The translations under genes were made by a program, and so were the position numbers. DNA of 64,000 bases, taken from contig JAVYLK010000001.1 in assembly GCA_038740895.1 (NCBI GenBank), positions 105,490 through 169,489 on the forward strand, read 5' to 3'. Source of the DNA: Candidatus Caldarchaeum sp. (GTDB lineage Archaea; Thermoproteota; Nitrososphaeria_A; Caldarchaeales; Caldarchaeaceae). The notes under the pieces were generated by a model, which was not told the DNA's origin, ran no database searches, and worked only from the letters and a program-made list of their open reading frames with translations. This document shows positions 45,649-55,653 of the stretch, piece by piece; position 1 is the stretch's first letter, and each line of letters begins with the position of its first letter.

Positions 45649-47028
45649 GTGGCATTCAACGGTTTGAACGACTTCACAGCCCTGATGTCTCAAAAGTTCG
45701 GACTAGAGCCTGCATGGCTTTCTAGGCTTAGGGTTAAGTTTCTCGAGCTGTACAGGTCGATGCCGCCCGAGACCTCCGAGCTCTACATCCGGCATTACGA
45801 GGCGCCAGACCTGAGCGAAGAACGTCTTTACGGCATGCTCCCTGAAGGCATCGAGGACGATGTGCCCAACGAGTTCAAGCACGTCAAGGAGGACAAGGAG
45901 CATCCGACCGTCGTCTACGTCGGCGGGAAGCTGGCACACCTCTACATCCCGAATGATTTTGTTTCGAAGGGCGTTGAAGCATCCACGCTCGGGGAGGCTT
46001 TAAAGAAGCACGAAGGATTCATTCGTGAAATTTTAGAGAGAGCGGCGAACTCCCGCTACCTAGACAAGTACTCAAGCCTTACCCAAGCCCTCTTCACCTC
46101 CGGCACGTTCATAAGGATTCCACGGTCCACCGAGCTGACCAAGCCTTTCCGAATACTCTACATCGTCGACAAGCCGTCGGAAGCCTTCTTCACAAAAACC
46201 ATCCTACTAGCCGAGAGCCAGTCATCTGCCTCCATCGTTGAGGAGCTTCACGGCCTTCCAGGTTCTGCGGGAAGCATAGTCGGCCAGAACGTCGAGCTGG
46301 TTCTAGGCGATTCATGCAGCGTTAGACACGGTGTTCTTCAGAATTTGGGCCACGACCACATGTACCTCGCTAACAGGCTGGCCTACGTTGGAAGAGGCTC
46401 TTCAGCCATGGTTGTGGGTTCTTTGATCGGCGGTGGGTTGTCTAAGGTTAGGGTTGACAGTGTGATGGCTGGAGACGGCTCGAGCGTGAACGACTTTGAG
46501 CTGGTGTTCGGCGACGGCGAGCAGAGGATGGACTTAACCGCCAACCTTCATCACGTCGGCTACGGCACGCAGGGTAGGGAAGTGTCGAAAGGAGTCGTCA
46601 AGGAAAAGGCCCGGGTTATCTTCAAAGGCATGATAACCATAGAGAAACAGGCCAAGAACACCAACGCCTATCTTGCTAAGCACGCTATGATAATGAGCCC
46701 GGAGGCCCGGGCCTACGCCATCCCATCCCTCGAGATCGAGACTGACGAGGTAAAGGCCACACACTCGGCAAGCGTTAGCCAGATAGACCCCGACCAGGTC
46801 TACTACCTGATGACTAGGGGAATTCCCTACGAGGAGGCCAGGAAGATGCTCGCCCTAGGATTCTTCGAGCCCGTGGTCTCGATGATTGACCTTGACGAGG
46901 TGAGGTGGGGTCTCAGAAGCCTGCTAGAGAGCAAGTGGGGTGGAACGGTGGCGGAGCTCTTTGAGGAGCCTGAGGTCGCGGTCTCAAGCCTTTTCGGAAC
47001 CCACTACAAGTACAGGTATGGAAAATAG
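45649..47028 (+). CDS. Fe-S cluster assembly protein of the SufB/SufD family
   Basis: 459 aa. C-terminal beta-helix region with the conserved SufB/D core (GVLQNLGHDHMYLANRL...; ...KGMITIEKQAKNTNAYLAKHAMIMS...). No sufC adjacent. Confidence 0.75.
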   Translation: MAFNGLNDFTALMSQKFGLEPAWLSRLRVKFLELYRSMPPETSELYIRHYEAPDLSEERLYGMLPEGIEDDVPNEFKHVKEDKEHPTVVYVGGKLAHLYIPNDFVSKGVEASTLGEALKKHEGFIREILERAANSRYLDKYSSLTQALFTSGTFIRIPRSTELTKPFRILYIVDKPSEAFFTKTILLAESQSSASIVEELHGLPGSAGSIVGQNVELVLGDSCSVRHGVLQNLGHDHMYLANRLAYVGRGSSAMVVGSLIGGGLSKVRVDSVMAGDGSSVNDFELVFGDGEQRMDLTANLHHVGYGTQGREVSKGVVKEKARVIFKGMITIEKQAKNTNAYLAKHAMIMSPEARAYAIPSLEIETDEVKATHSASVSQIDPDQVYYLMTRGIPYEEARKMLALGFFEPVVSMIDLDEVRWGLRSLLESKWGGTVAELFEEPEVAVSSLFGTHYKYRYGK

Positions 47029-47575
47029 GCTTAGGTCCCGCCTACATTCGCTTGAAGAGAGATTCATGGAGACAATCCACGGAAGGAGCTACGCAGCCGT
47101 TGCCATAATCCTCAGAAACCTCGATAGGAGCCCTGAAGTAATACTGGTGAAGAGGGCTACAAGGCTGGATGACCCTTGGTCGGGTCAGATAGCTTTTCCA
47201 GGAGGCCGACGCAAGCCATCCGACCAAAGCCTAGTCCAGACGGCTCTGAGGGAGTTGAAAGAGGAGACGGGTGTTGGCGAAGAGGCTGTCGAGGTTTTGG
47301 GAGCCCTGCCCTTTACGTCGCCGGCCAACTCACCGGATTTGCTGGTCAAGCCTTTTGTAGGGCTTTTAGATGGTGAGGTCGTCTTCGTCGAAGGAAACGA
47401 GGTTCAGAGAGTCTTCTGGGCTCCTCTGCTGGGGTTAAAACCTGTGGTTAAACGGGTTTACTCAAAGTCAGGTTCGACGGTTCGCAATCATCTGTGCTAC
47501 GCTTACGGCGACGACCTGGTCTGGGGGATGACGTCCAAGCTAGTAAGACAGGTCTTGACGACGTTGGGGCTATGA
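47018..47575 (+). CDS. NUDIX hydrolase (CoA-pyrophosphatase-like)
   Basis: Nudix box GGRRKPSDQSLVQTALRELKEETGV. Start at ATG 47018, overlapping the SufB/D stop by 11 nt. Confidence 0.7.
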   Translation: MENRLRSRLHSLEERFMETIHGRSYAAVAIILRNLDRSPEVILVKRATRLDDPWSGQIAFPGGRRKPSDQSLVQTALRELKEETGVGEEAVEVLGALPFTSPANSPDLLVKPFVGLLDGEVVFVEGNEVQRVFWAPLLGLKPVVKRVYSKSGSTVRNHLCYAYGDDLVWGMTSKLVRQVLTTLGL

Positions 47576-48841
47576 CCTGCGTGCCTTGGCAAACCTTTCG
47601 GCGGCTTCAACGAGAGCGTCGACATCTTCCTTGGAGTGGGCCGCTGAGATGAACAGATGCGGGTTGTACGGCGGCACGTACAATATTTTCTCCAAGACCA
47701 TGTGCTTCGAGAACTCGACTGTAAGCCTCAAGTCCTTGGTCCTGTTTGCCGTATGTATGTCGACCGGCTTCTCCTTCGTGAAGTGTATGCAGACAAGCGA
47801 CCCTATTCCAGTTATGTGGGCGTTCAGGGGCTCGAGGGCTTCTTCAAGCCCCTCCCTAGCCCTCCTGCCTAGGCTGTCCAGGTGATCGTAGACAAGCCCC
47901 TTCTCCAGCTCTTTGAGCAGGACGTATCCAGCCCTCATGGCTAACGGGTTGCCGCTGTATGTTCCACCGTGGAAAACTCTCTCGTAGGGCATAGGCCTCT
48001 TCTTGTGGTCAAGAACCTCCATTATCTCAGACCTTCCGCAGAAGGCGCCTGTCGGGAAAGGACCTCCGCCTACGCATTTTCCCAGCACAGTCATGTCTGG
48101 AACAACCCCGTAAAGCTTCTGAGCCCCGCCCGGCGAAAGCCTAAACCCCGTGATCACCTCATCAAATATCAGAACAGCCCCGACCCTGTCGCATATCTCT
48201 CTCAACCCCTTCAGATATTCTCGGTCGGCTGGGATGAACCCACCAGCTCCAAGAACGGGCTCGACGACTATGGCCGCAACCTCCCTACCATTTAGCCTTC
48301 GCTCGACTCCTTCGAGGTCGTTGAAGGGTAGAAGCAGGGTGTTTGCCGTAGCTTCCTCAGGCAACCCTAGCGTGGAGGGCTTGTCAACGGGGTAAGAAAC
48401 ACCCACCTGCAGCCCGTCGTACCCGCCGTGCCATCCTCCCTCAATCTTGCCCACGATCTTCCTGCCCGTGAAACCCCTAGCCGTTCGGACGGCGTACATG
48501 TTGGCCTCCGTTCCGCTGTTAGTCGGCCTAACCTTCTCAGCGGAAGGAACCATGCTGCAAACCTGCTTAGCCCACTTGACCTCCCAGGGATGAGGATAGC
48601 CAAAATGAGCCCCTCTCCACAGCTGTTCAGAGGCAGCCTCCAGAACAGGCCTGTAGCCGTGGCCCATCAAGAGAGCGCCGTGGCCCATCCAGAAGTCAAC
48701 ATACCTGACCCCGTGCAGGTCCCACACGTAGGCCCCCTCAGCCCTCTCGACATAAACAGGCCTTGGGTCGATGTGCCTTACGCTGTAGGTAACACCTGCA
48801 GGAAGATACTTTTGGGCTTCCTCAAAAAGCTCCTGCTCCAC
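47570..48841 (-). CDS. hemL: Glutamate-1-semialdehyde 2,1-aminomutase (class III aminotransferase)
   Basis: 423 aa. LIFDEVITGFRLSPGGAQ, PLP-lysine context (VLGKCVGGG), GTYSGNPLAM. Confidence 0.7.
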   Translation of the reverse strand: MEQELFEEAQKYLPAGVTYSVRHIDPRPVYVERAEGAYVWDLHGVRYVDFWMGHGALLMGHGYRPVLEAASEQLWRGAHFGYPHPWEVKWAKQVCSMVPSAEKVRPTNSGTEANMYAVRTARGFTGRKIVGKIEGGWHGGYDGLQVGVSYPVDKPSTLGLPEEATANTLLLPFNDLEGVERRLNGREVAAIVVEPVLGAGGFIPADREYLKGLREICDRVGAVLIFDEVITGFRLSPGGAQKLYGVVPDMTVLGKCVGGGPFPTGAFCGRSEIMEVLDHKKRPMPYERVFHGGTYSGNPLAMRAGYVLLKELEKGLVYDHLDSLGRRAREGLEEALEPLNAHITGIGSLVCIHFTKEKPVDIHTANRTKDLRLTVEFSKHMVLEKILYVPPYNPHLFISAAHSKEDVDALVEAAERFAKARRS

Positions 48842-49080
48842 GCTTTAAGCAGTTCGTCTGCGGTTTAAAAACATGAGCGTGTTCCCCCGGTATGTAGGCT
48901 GGAACATTCGACATCGCTCGAAAAGCAAAAGATTTAATCACTTCAAAACAAGCTCCTGCCGGGATGCTTGGTGTGAGGCACCGCATCACGGCCACGGCGC
49001 TTATCGCAGCCGACCTTCTATTCCTATCCTTCATCATCTACTTCGCATATCTGTAAGATTTTATATAGCGGCGGCTGTAT

Positions 49081-50421
49081 GTGTCCTTAGTCATGGAAAC
49101 TTTAGCAGAGCCGCAGCAGGCCTACTTCAGGGTCTTGGAGCTGATGGAGAAGCATCACGAGTTGTTCAGGAAGTCTATACCGCTCGTAGCCAGCGAGAAC
49201 GTGGTCAGCCCAGCAGTAAGGGAGGCGATGGCTAGCGACCTCCAGCACAGGTATGCGGAGGGATGGCCTGGTGAGAGGCTTTACGCTGGATGTAAGTACA
49301 TAGACGAGATAGAGTTGTTGGCTATAGAGCTGGGTAAGCAGGTTTACAGAGCCGAGTTTGTGGACGTTAGGCCTATTTCAGGGGTGGTGGCGAACCTGGT
49401 GGCCTACTGCGCTTTCGCACGTCCGGGGGACATGATGGTTGCTTTAACGATTCCTCACGGAGGCCACATAAGCCATGGCAAGGAAAAGTGGGGAGGAACC
49501 GCTGGAGTGGTTAGAGGGCTTGAGGTTGAGAGGTACGAGTTCAACGAGGACCTGCACGAGATAGACGTGGACGCAACAGCTCGGAGGCTCAGGCGGATAG
49601 AGTCCGAGACAGGAAAGAAGCCTAGGCTGTTCATGCTGGGCGCCAGCGTCTTCCTCTTCCCCCACCCGGTCCGGGAGGTGAGGACGTTAGCCGACCAGTA
49701 CGGCGCCCACCTGGTCTACGACGGGGCCCACGTAGCCGGCTTGATAGCGGGCGGCAAGTTTCAAGACCCTATCAGGGAAGGAGCAGACTGCATGACGATA
49801 AGCACTCACAAGACGCTGGCTGGACCCCAGCACGGCATGGTTGTGTCGTGGTCAAAATACGCCGAACGGCTCAAGCAGGTAGCGTTTCCAGGCCTTCTCT
49901 CGAACCATCATCTACACGCCGTCGCAGGCGTGGCGATCGCTCTAGCTGAAGCCCTTGCATTCTACAGAGAATACGCCATGCAGATCATCAGAAACTCCAA
50001 AGTTCTGGCCGAGTCTTTGTACGAACATGGTGTCCAAGTCCTTTACGAAAGCAGGGGTTTCACCGAGTCCCACACCTTGATAGCAGACGTGTCGAAGTAC
50101 ATGGACGGCAGGACTGCTGAGGAGAGGCTTGAGAGGGCCGGCATAATCCTGAACAGGAACCTCATACCCAAAGACTACAGGATGAAGACCGACTACCGTA
50201 AGCCAAGCGGCATAAGGATGGGTACGCAGGAGGTCACACGACTGGGCATGAACGAGTCCGAGATGAAGCACATAGCCGAGCTGATTGCGGACGTGGTTGT
50301 GCGTGGTCGAAACCCGGTGGAGGTTGCTGAAGAGGTCGCTGAGTTCAGGAAAGACTACCGTAAGGTCAAGTTTTGTTTCGAATCTGCGACAGGAGCCTAC
50401 GACTACGTGAGGATCAGGTGA
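49081..50421 (+). CDS. glyA: Serine hydroxymethyltransferase
   Basis: 446 aa. LVASENVVS; PLP-lysine motif TISTHKTLAGPQHGMV; archaeal SHMT length. Confidence 0.85.
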   Translation: MSLVMETLAEPQQAYFRVLELMEKHHELFRKSIPLVASENVVSPAVREAMASDLQHRYAEGWPGERLYAGCKYIDEIELLAIELGKQVYRAEFVDVRPISGVVANLVAYCAFARPGDMMVALTIPHGGHISHGKEKWGGTAGVVRGLEVERYEFNEDLHEIDVDATARRLRRIESETGKKPRLFMLGASVFLFPHPVREVRTLADQYGAHLVYDGAHVAGLIAGGKFQDPIREGADCMTISTHKTLAGPQHGMVVSWSKYAERLKQVAFPGLLSNHHLHAVAGVAIALAEALAFYREYAMQIIRNSKVLAESLYEHGVQVLYESRGFTESHTLIADVSKYMDGRTAEERLERAGIILNRNLIPKDYRMKTDYRKPSGIRMGTQEVTRLGMNESEMKHIAELIADVVVRGRNPVEVAEEVAEFRKDYRKVKFCFESATGAYDYVRIR

Positions 50422-50428
50422 TCGTAAG

Positions 50429-51142
50429 ATGAATGAGGATTATGTAGTGGTCGTCAAGAGCCTCAAGAAGGTTTACCGGAGCAACGGGCTTGAGACTGTG
50501 GCTTTGAACGGCGTGGACCTAAAGATTAAACGGGGTGAGATGCTTGCCATCGTCGGGCCGAGCGGAAGCGGCAAGTCCACGCTGTTGAACATGCTCGGAG
50601 CTCTTGACAAGCCTACGGAGGGAAGCATAGTCATAGACGGCGTAGATATTAGCAGAATAGACGACAACAAGAGAGCCGAATTCCGAAACAAGAAGATAGG
50701 GTTCGTGTTCCAGTCGTACAACCTGATCAACAGGCTGCAGGTGGTGAAGAACGTCGAGCTGCCTTTGATGATTTTAGAGGTTCCTGAGGAAAGGAGAAGA
50801 AAACTAGCCCTCAGCATGCTCGGGGAGGTTGGCCTCGACTCCAAATCTTTTAAAAGACCGACCCAGCTAAGCGGCGGAGAACAGCAGAGAGTAGCGATAG
50901 CCCGAGCTCTCGTGACGGAGCCTAGCATAATCCTTGCGGATGAGCCTACGGGCAACCTAGACTCCAAGTCAGGAGCCGTTGTTGTGAACCTGCTGAGAGA
51001 ACTCACACGTCGAGGGAACACAGTCATAGTCGTCACGCACAACATGGAGGTCGCTAGGGCCGCTGACCGCATAGTCTACATTAAGGACGGTAAGATAGAA
51101 AAAGAGGAAATAGTCAGATTACCTCAAGTAGAACAGTCATGA
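50429..51142 (+). CDS. ABC transporter ATP-binding protein, MacB/LolD family
   Basis: 237 aa. Walker [11 protein letters not shown]-loop, signature [15 protein letters not shown], Walker [12 protein letters not shown]. The stop overlaps the next gene start (ATGA). Confidence 0.85.
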   Translation: MNEDYVVVVKSLKKVYRSNGLETVALNGVDLKIKRGEMLAIVGPSGSGKSTLLNMLGALDKPTEGSIVIDGVDISRIDDNKRAEFRNKKIGFVFQSYNLINRLQVVKNVELPLMILEVPEERRRKLALSMLGEVGLDSKSFKRPTQLSGGEQQRVAIARALVTEPSIILADEPTGNLDSKSGAVVVNLLRELTRRGNTVIVVTHNMEVARAADRIVYIKDGKIEKEEIVRLPQVEQS

Positions 51143-53103
51143 AAGCCTTGGTCCTACTCCTTTCAGCGATGGTTCTGGCGTCCTGGTTTAGCTTGTTCGA
51201 GGCTTATGGGCTTACTATTCAAGTTGTCGACCTTTCGTGGGGAAGCCCGTCGAACCCTGAGAAAGCCATTCCCGGCGACAGCAACGTCGAGTTGAGCGTT
51301 GTCGTAGCCAACATAGGCAACAAGCCGGTGTGCTCTCTGGAGGCTGAGATCCTGCCCAAGCTCAACAGAAGTCTGCCGATCGCGAGCTGGGAGACGGGTA
51401 AGCCTTTGAAGGCCTTCCTCCAGACTCAGCTAAACCCAGGGACGATGGGGAGCCTTGTCTTCAGGGTCAACGTCCTCGAAGATGTTAGACCGGGTAGGTA
51501 CGAAGCAGACCTCAGGCTCTCTTTCAGGGAATGCACCTCAACCTCGGACGTCCTGCCAGTAGCCCAGATGGTCTCATCCATCGTCCTCCAAATATACCCG
51601 CCTCCGTCCATGCGAATAATCAGAACAACATGGCTCGTCGACGGCATCGAGAGGTCGGTCGGACCGGGCTCTGGGCCAGCGGTCTTACGCATTTACTTGG
51701 AGGCGCCTGTGGAGACTTCGGTGAGCAACGTCGAGATGAGGATTTCGCCGCCCAGAGGGTTTACAGGTAAGACTTTGTACGACGCTTACCTCGAGAGGAT
51801 ACCGGCCGGCAGCGTCTTCGTGCTTGAGTTCCCGCTAGTCGTCTCAGACGACGTACGGGTCGGGGTGCATTCTTTTGACGCTGAGATAATGTACAGGAAT
51901 AAGTACGGCACGATGGTGAGAATGGTTCAGGTCTTCGACGTGGAGGTTTTGGGCAGGGAGGAGATAGTTGTCGAGTCTGCGGCCCAATCCGTAGCGAAAG
52001 GCTCCTACGGCGTTCTCAAACTCTTGCTGAAGAACACAGGATCAGCCCCCGCATACAACGTCGAGCTTGTTCTGCGACCCGACGACGTTAGGATAAGCGT
52101 CCTCGACGATAAACTTTCTGTAGGCATTCTCCAGCCGGGAGACCGGAGAGAGGTTAGCGTGAACGTTTTCGTCGACCGTTCAGCCGAAACATCGGTCTAC
52201 ACGGCTACAGCTGCCATAGAGTACCGAGACGGCTATGCCAACCACAAGTCTAAAGAGTTTAGAATCGCGTTCAACCTCGTTGAGGAGTTCAGGCGAGGGT
52301 TCAAAGCGGCTGCAAGCCAGAGATACATCTACGCAGGCTCCTCGACATCTGTCGAGCTCATAGTAATAAACGAAAACTCCTACACGGTCCGTGAAGTACG
52401 GATAACTGTGTCGCCCGACACCCCATCGGTCGCAGTAGTTGAGGGCGAAACTAAGGCGGTCCTGGATTCGATGATGGCTGGTCAATCTTACGTGATGCCG
52501 TTGAAGATCCTCGCAACATCCCAGGCCGGCGATTCTGTGGCGACGATTACCGCCTTAGTAGAGTACCGGGACCAGGCCGGGGTCAAGGTTGCTGAGAGCT
52601 TGGCGGTATCATTAGCCGTAAGAGCGGACATAGACATCAGGTTCAAAGGGGTTCAGCTCTCTCCATCAAGGGTTAGGGCGGGGGAGACTGTTGACGTGGC
52701 TGGTGATGTCGTCAACGAGGGGTCTAACATAGCCCGAGCCGTGGCGGTCGAGCTGATAGGCGCTCCTCCCTATGAGGCTTTGGGAGAGTCAAGGTCTGTC
52801 GTCGGCCTGGTCAACCCTTCACAGGTCTCCGCTTTCACATTAAACTTTAGAGTCCAGAACAACGCACAGCCGGGTAAGTACAACGTCGTTGTGAAGGTTT
52901 CGTTCAGAAACGGGTTCGGTGAAGTTTTCCAGAGAGAGACTGTTCTGGAGTACGAGGTGGTTCAAGGCAACCAACTGTCTGCGACTACGGTATCTCAGCC
53001 TGTTCAGCAGAGGTTCGACCCGATCCTAATGGCTTTGGTTGCCGTAGTAGTTCTAGCCCTCGTCGGGCTTGCTGTTCTCAGGAGAAGAAGGAAGCAGGAA
53101 TGA
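51139..53103 (+). CDS. Large surface protein: signal peptide, about five repeated beta-sandwich (CARDB/Ig-like) modules, C-terminal TM anchor
   Basis: 654 aa. N-terminal [22 protein letters not shown], and a C-terminal hydrophobic helix followed by RRRRKQE. The internal repeats share a V..V.N.G...A.NV periodicity. Translationally coupled to the flanking ABC genes. Confidence 0.6.
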   Translation: MKALVLLLSAMVLASWFSLFEAYGLTIQVVDLSWGSPSNPEKAIPGDSNVELSVVVANIGNKPVCSLEAEILPKLNRSLPIASWETGKPLKAFLQTQLNPGTMGSLVFRVNVLEDVRPGRYEADLRLSFRECTSTSDVLPVAQMVSSIVLQIYPPPSMRIIRTTWLVDGIERSVGPGSGPAVLRIYLEAPVETSVSNVEMRISPPRGFTGKTLYDAYLERIPAGSVFVLEFPLVVSDDVRVGVHSFDAEIMYRNKYGTMVRMVQVFDVEVLGREEIVVESAAQSVAKGSYGVLKLLLKNTGSAPAYNVELVLRPDDVRISVLDDKLSVGILQPGDRREVSVNVFVDRSAETSVYTATAAIEYRDGYANHKSKEFRIAFNLVEEFRRGFKAAASQRYIYAGSSTSVELIVINENSYTVREVRITVSPDTPSVAVVEGETKAVLDSMMAGQSYVMPLKILATSQAGDSVATITALVEYRDQAGVKVAESLAVSLAVRADIDIRFKGVQLSPSRVRAGETVDVAGDVVNEGSNIARAVAVELIGAPPYEALGESRSVVGLVNPSQVSAFTLNFRVQNNAQPGKYNVVVKVSFRNGFGEVFQRETVLEYEVVQGNQLSATTVSQPVQQRFDPILMALVAVVVLALVGLAVLRRRRKQE

Positions 53104-54329
53104 AGACGAATGACTATGTTAGGTTTGCCTGGTCAGCTCTCAAGGACAGACGTCTCCGAACAACGCTGACCATCCTCGGAATAGTCGTAGGCCCTGCCCT
53201 GATAACGGCTCTTAACGCAACCACGGCAGGCCTGACACAGAACATCATATCGAACCTCCAGGTGTTCGGAGCCGACATGATACTCATCCAACGTGTGGGC
53301 GACTTTAACCTGGATGACGCCGTGATAAGGAACATACGCCAGACGCCCGGGGTGCGGGAGGTTTACCCCTACTACTTGATAGCTTCAGGGGAAATCAAGA
53401 CAAGGGGCAAGACTTTCACGATGGACCCTATCCGGTCCTACACCATCTTGGCGGTCAACCTCAAAGACCTGCCCAACCTGTTCCCGAACATAAGGCTGGA
53501 CGCCGGCGAGATAATAGACAACCCCTCCTACGCACTAGTCGGGTACAGCGCCTGGAACCCTAGAGACCCCGACATACCCCCCATAGACCTAGGCTCTCTC
53601 TTCACAGCCTCGACGGGAGGGGCTGCAAGGTCTTTCTCAGTCTCCGGAAGGTTTGACAAGTACGGTCAGGCTCTTTTCCTCAACCCCGACACCCAGATAT
53701 TCGTCAATCTGGATGCGGGCAGGCTTCTCACCAACCGTAGAAGCTACAGCGGAGCTTTCGTAAGAATAACAGAGCCGGGTGTTAGCGACAGCGTGGTGGT
53801 AGAGCTGGAGAACAGGTACGGCGAGAACATAAGGGTCTTCTCAATCACAGCCATATCTGAGACTGTCCAGCAGATTATAGGCACCCTAAACGTTTTCTTC
53901 TCATCCGTCGCTTCGATGAGCCTTCTAGTCGCATTCCTAGGCATCATGACTACGATGTTCACGTCGGTCAACGAGAGGGTTAGGGAGATTGGGCTGGTCA
54001 AGGCGCTCGGGTTCAGGACGAGAGACGTGATGCTGAATTTCTTGACGGAAGCCTTAATCATAGGGCTCATAGGCGGGTTAGTTGGAACAGCTGCCGGAGT
54101 TGCGACGTCGTTCGTGCTGGCCGATATCTTCTCAGGCCCCCCAGCCGAGAGCAGGCCTGGAACCTTCGCAGTAGGCGGCCCGCAGGCTGTAAGAATAACG
54201 CCTCTCATAACGTCTGAGCTAGTCATCACAGGCGTGCTCGTCGCTGTAGTAGTATCCGTGCTAGCCGGGCTGGTCCCAGCCTACAGAGCTTCAAAACTAG
54301 AGCCGATGGAGGCTCTGAGGCGTGAGTGA
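53100..54329 (+). CDS. ABC transporter permease, FtsX/MacB-like
   Basis: 409 aa. N-terminal TM helix, a large extracytoplasmic MacB-type domain, and three C-terminal TM helices of the FtsX fold (LGFRTRDVMLNFLTEALIIGLIGGLVG). Confidence 0.8.
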   Translation: MKTNDYVRFAWSALKDRRLRTTLTILGIVVGPALITALNATTAGLTQNIISNLQVFGADMILIQRVGDFNLDDAVIRNIRQTPGVREVYPYYLIASGEIKTRGKTFTMDPIRSYTILAVNLKDLPNLFPNIRLDAGEIIDNPSYALVGYSAWNPRDPDIPPIDLGSLFTASTGGAARSFSVSGRFDKYGQALFLNPDTQIFVNLDAGRLLTNRRSYSGAFVRITEPGVSDSVVVELENRYGENIRVFSITAISETVQQIIGTLNVFFSSVASMSLLVAFLGIMTTMFTSVNERVREIGLVKALGFRTRDVMLNFLTEALIIGLIGGLVGTAAGVATSFVLADIFSGPPAESRPGTFAVGGPQAVRITPLITSELVITGVLVAVVVSVLAGLVPAYRASKLEPMEALRRE

Positions 54330-54369
54330 ACGGTTGTGTTTTTATTGACCTGAAAAAGGTTATGTCTGT

Positions 54370-55653
54370 ATGCTGAACATTAAACAGCTGAGGGCCGACC
54401 CGGAATACTTCAGGCGGGGGCTTGCTAGGAGGCGGCTGGCGGCCGATGTCGTCGACAGGATCCTAGAGCTGGACGCTGGCAGAAGGTCTCTGCTGAAGAA
54501 GGTTGAAGAGCTAAGGCATCTCAGGAACCTGGCGGCTGACGCCGTCGCCGCAGCGAAGAAGAGAGGGGAAAAAGCCGACGAGCAGTTGCAAAGGATGAGG
54601 CAGGTCAACGAGCAGATAGACGCTTGTGAGAAAGAGCTGGAGAGCGTCGAGTCAAACCTTCACAGCCTTCTGTACAACACTCCGAACGTTCCCCACGAAT
54701 CTGTTCCTGAAGGTGATTCAGAGGAGTTCAACCAGGTTGTCAGATCATGGGGTGAGGTGAGGAAGGAGGAGTGGATGAGGGATCATGTGGAAGTGTTGAA
54801 AAGCTTGGGTATGGCCGACCTCGAGGCTGCAGCCTCTGTGGCGGGGGCACGTTTCTACTACTTGTTCAATGACCTAGTCCTCCTCAACATGGCTCTCGCA
54901 AGGTATGCGCTTGAGTTTCTCCGTGCACGTGGGTTCAAGCTAGTCCAGCCCCCTTACATGCTAACCAGGCGTGTGATGGAGGGAGTCGTCTCGTTCCAAG
55001 AGTTTCAAGACATGCTCTACAAGGTTGAGGGCGAGGAGCTTTATCTGATAGGCACGGCCGAGCATGCGATAGCGGGCCTGCACGCCGGCGACATTCTGGA
55101 CGGCAGATCGCTACCCCTGAGATACGCAGGAATCAGCCCTTGTTTCAGGAGAGAAGCCGGAGCCCACGGCAAGGACACCAAGGGTATTTTCCGTGTCCAC
55201 CAGTTCGAGAAAGTAGAGCAGTTCAGCTTCACGAAGCCAAGCCAGTCATGGAGCGAGCACGAGTACCTCATCTCCAACGCCGAGGAGATATATCGTTCTC
55301 TTGGACTGCCTTACAGGATTGTGAACATCTGCATAGGGGAGCTGGGCGCGATCGCAGCCAAGAAGTACGACCTCGAGGTCTGGATGCCTGCGCAGGGAAG
55401 GTACCGGGAGCTCGTATCCTGCAGCAACTGCACAGACTATCAAGCGGTCAGGCTCAACATCAGGTATCGTGAAGAACCGCACGTCGAGGAGACCGAGTAC
55501 GTCCACACTTTGAACAGCACGGCCGTGGCTACCGAGAGGACTATAGTGGCTATACTCGAAAACTACCAGCGCAGGGACGGCTGTGTTGACGTGCCGGAGG
55601 CTCTTCAGCCTTACATGAACGGGATGACGGTAATCAGGAGTACTGCTCGATAG
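54370..55653 (+). CDS. serS: Seryl-tRNA synthetase
   Basis: 427 aa. N-terminal coiled coil (MLNIKQLRADPEYF), class II motifs 2 and 3 (FRREAGAHGKDTKGIFRVHQFEKVEQF; GRYRELVSCSNCTDYQAVR). Confidence 0.9.
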   Translation: MLNIKQLRADPEYFRRGLARRRLAADVVDRILELDAGRRSLLKKVEELRHLRNLAADAVAAAKKRGEKADEQLQRMRQVNEQIDACEKELESVESNLHSLLYNTPNVPHESVPEGDSEEFNQVVRSWGEVRKEEWMRDHVEVLKSLGMADLEAAASVAGARFYYLFNDLVLLNMALARYALEFLRARGFKLVQPPYMLTRRVMEGVVSFQEFQDMLYKVEGEELYLIGTAEHAIAGLHAGDILDGRSLPLRYAGISPCFRREAGAHGKDTKGIFRVHQFEKVEQFSFTKPSQSWSEHEYLISNAEEIYRSLGLPYRIVNICIGELGAIAAKKYDLEVWMPAQGRYRELVSCSNCTDYQAVRLNIRYREEPHVEETEYVHTLNSTAVATERTIVAILENYQRRDGCVDVPEALQPYMNGMTVIRSTAR

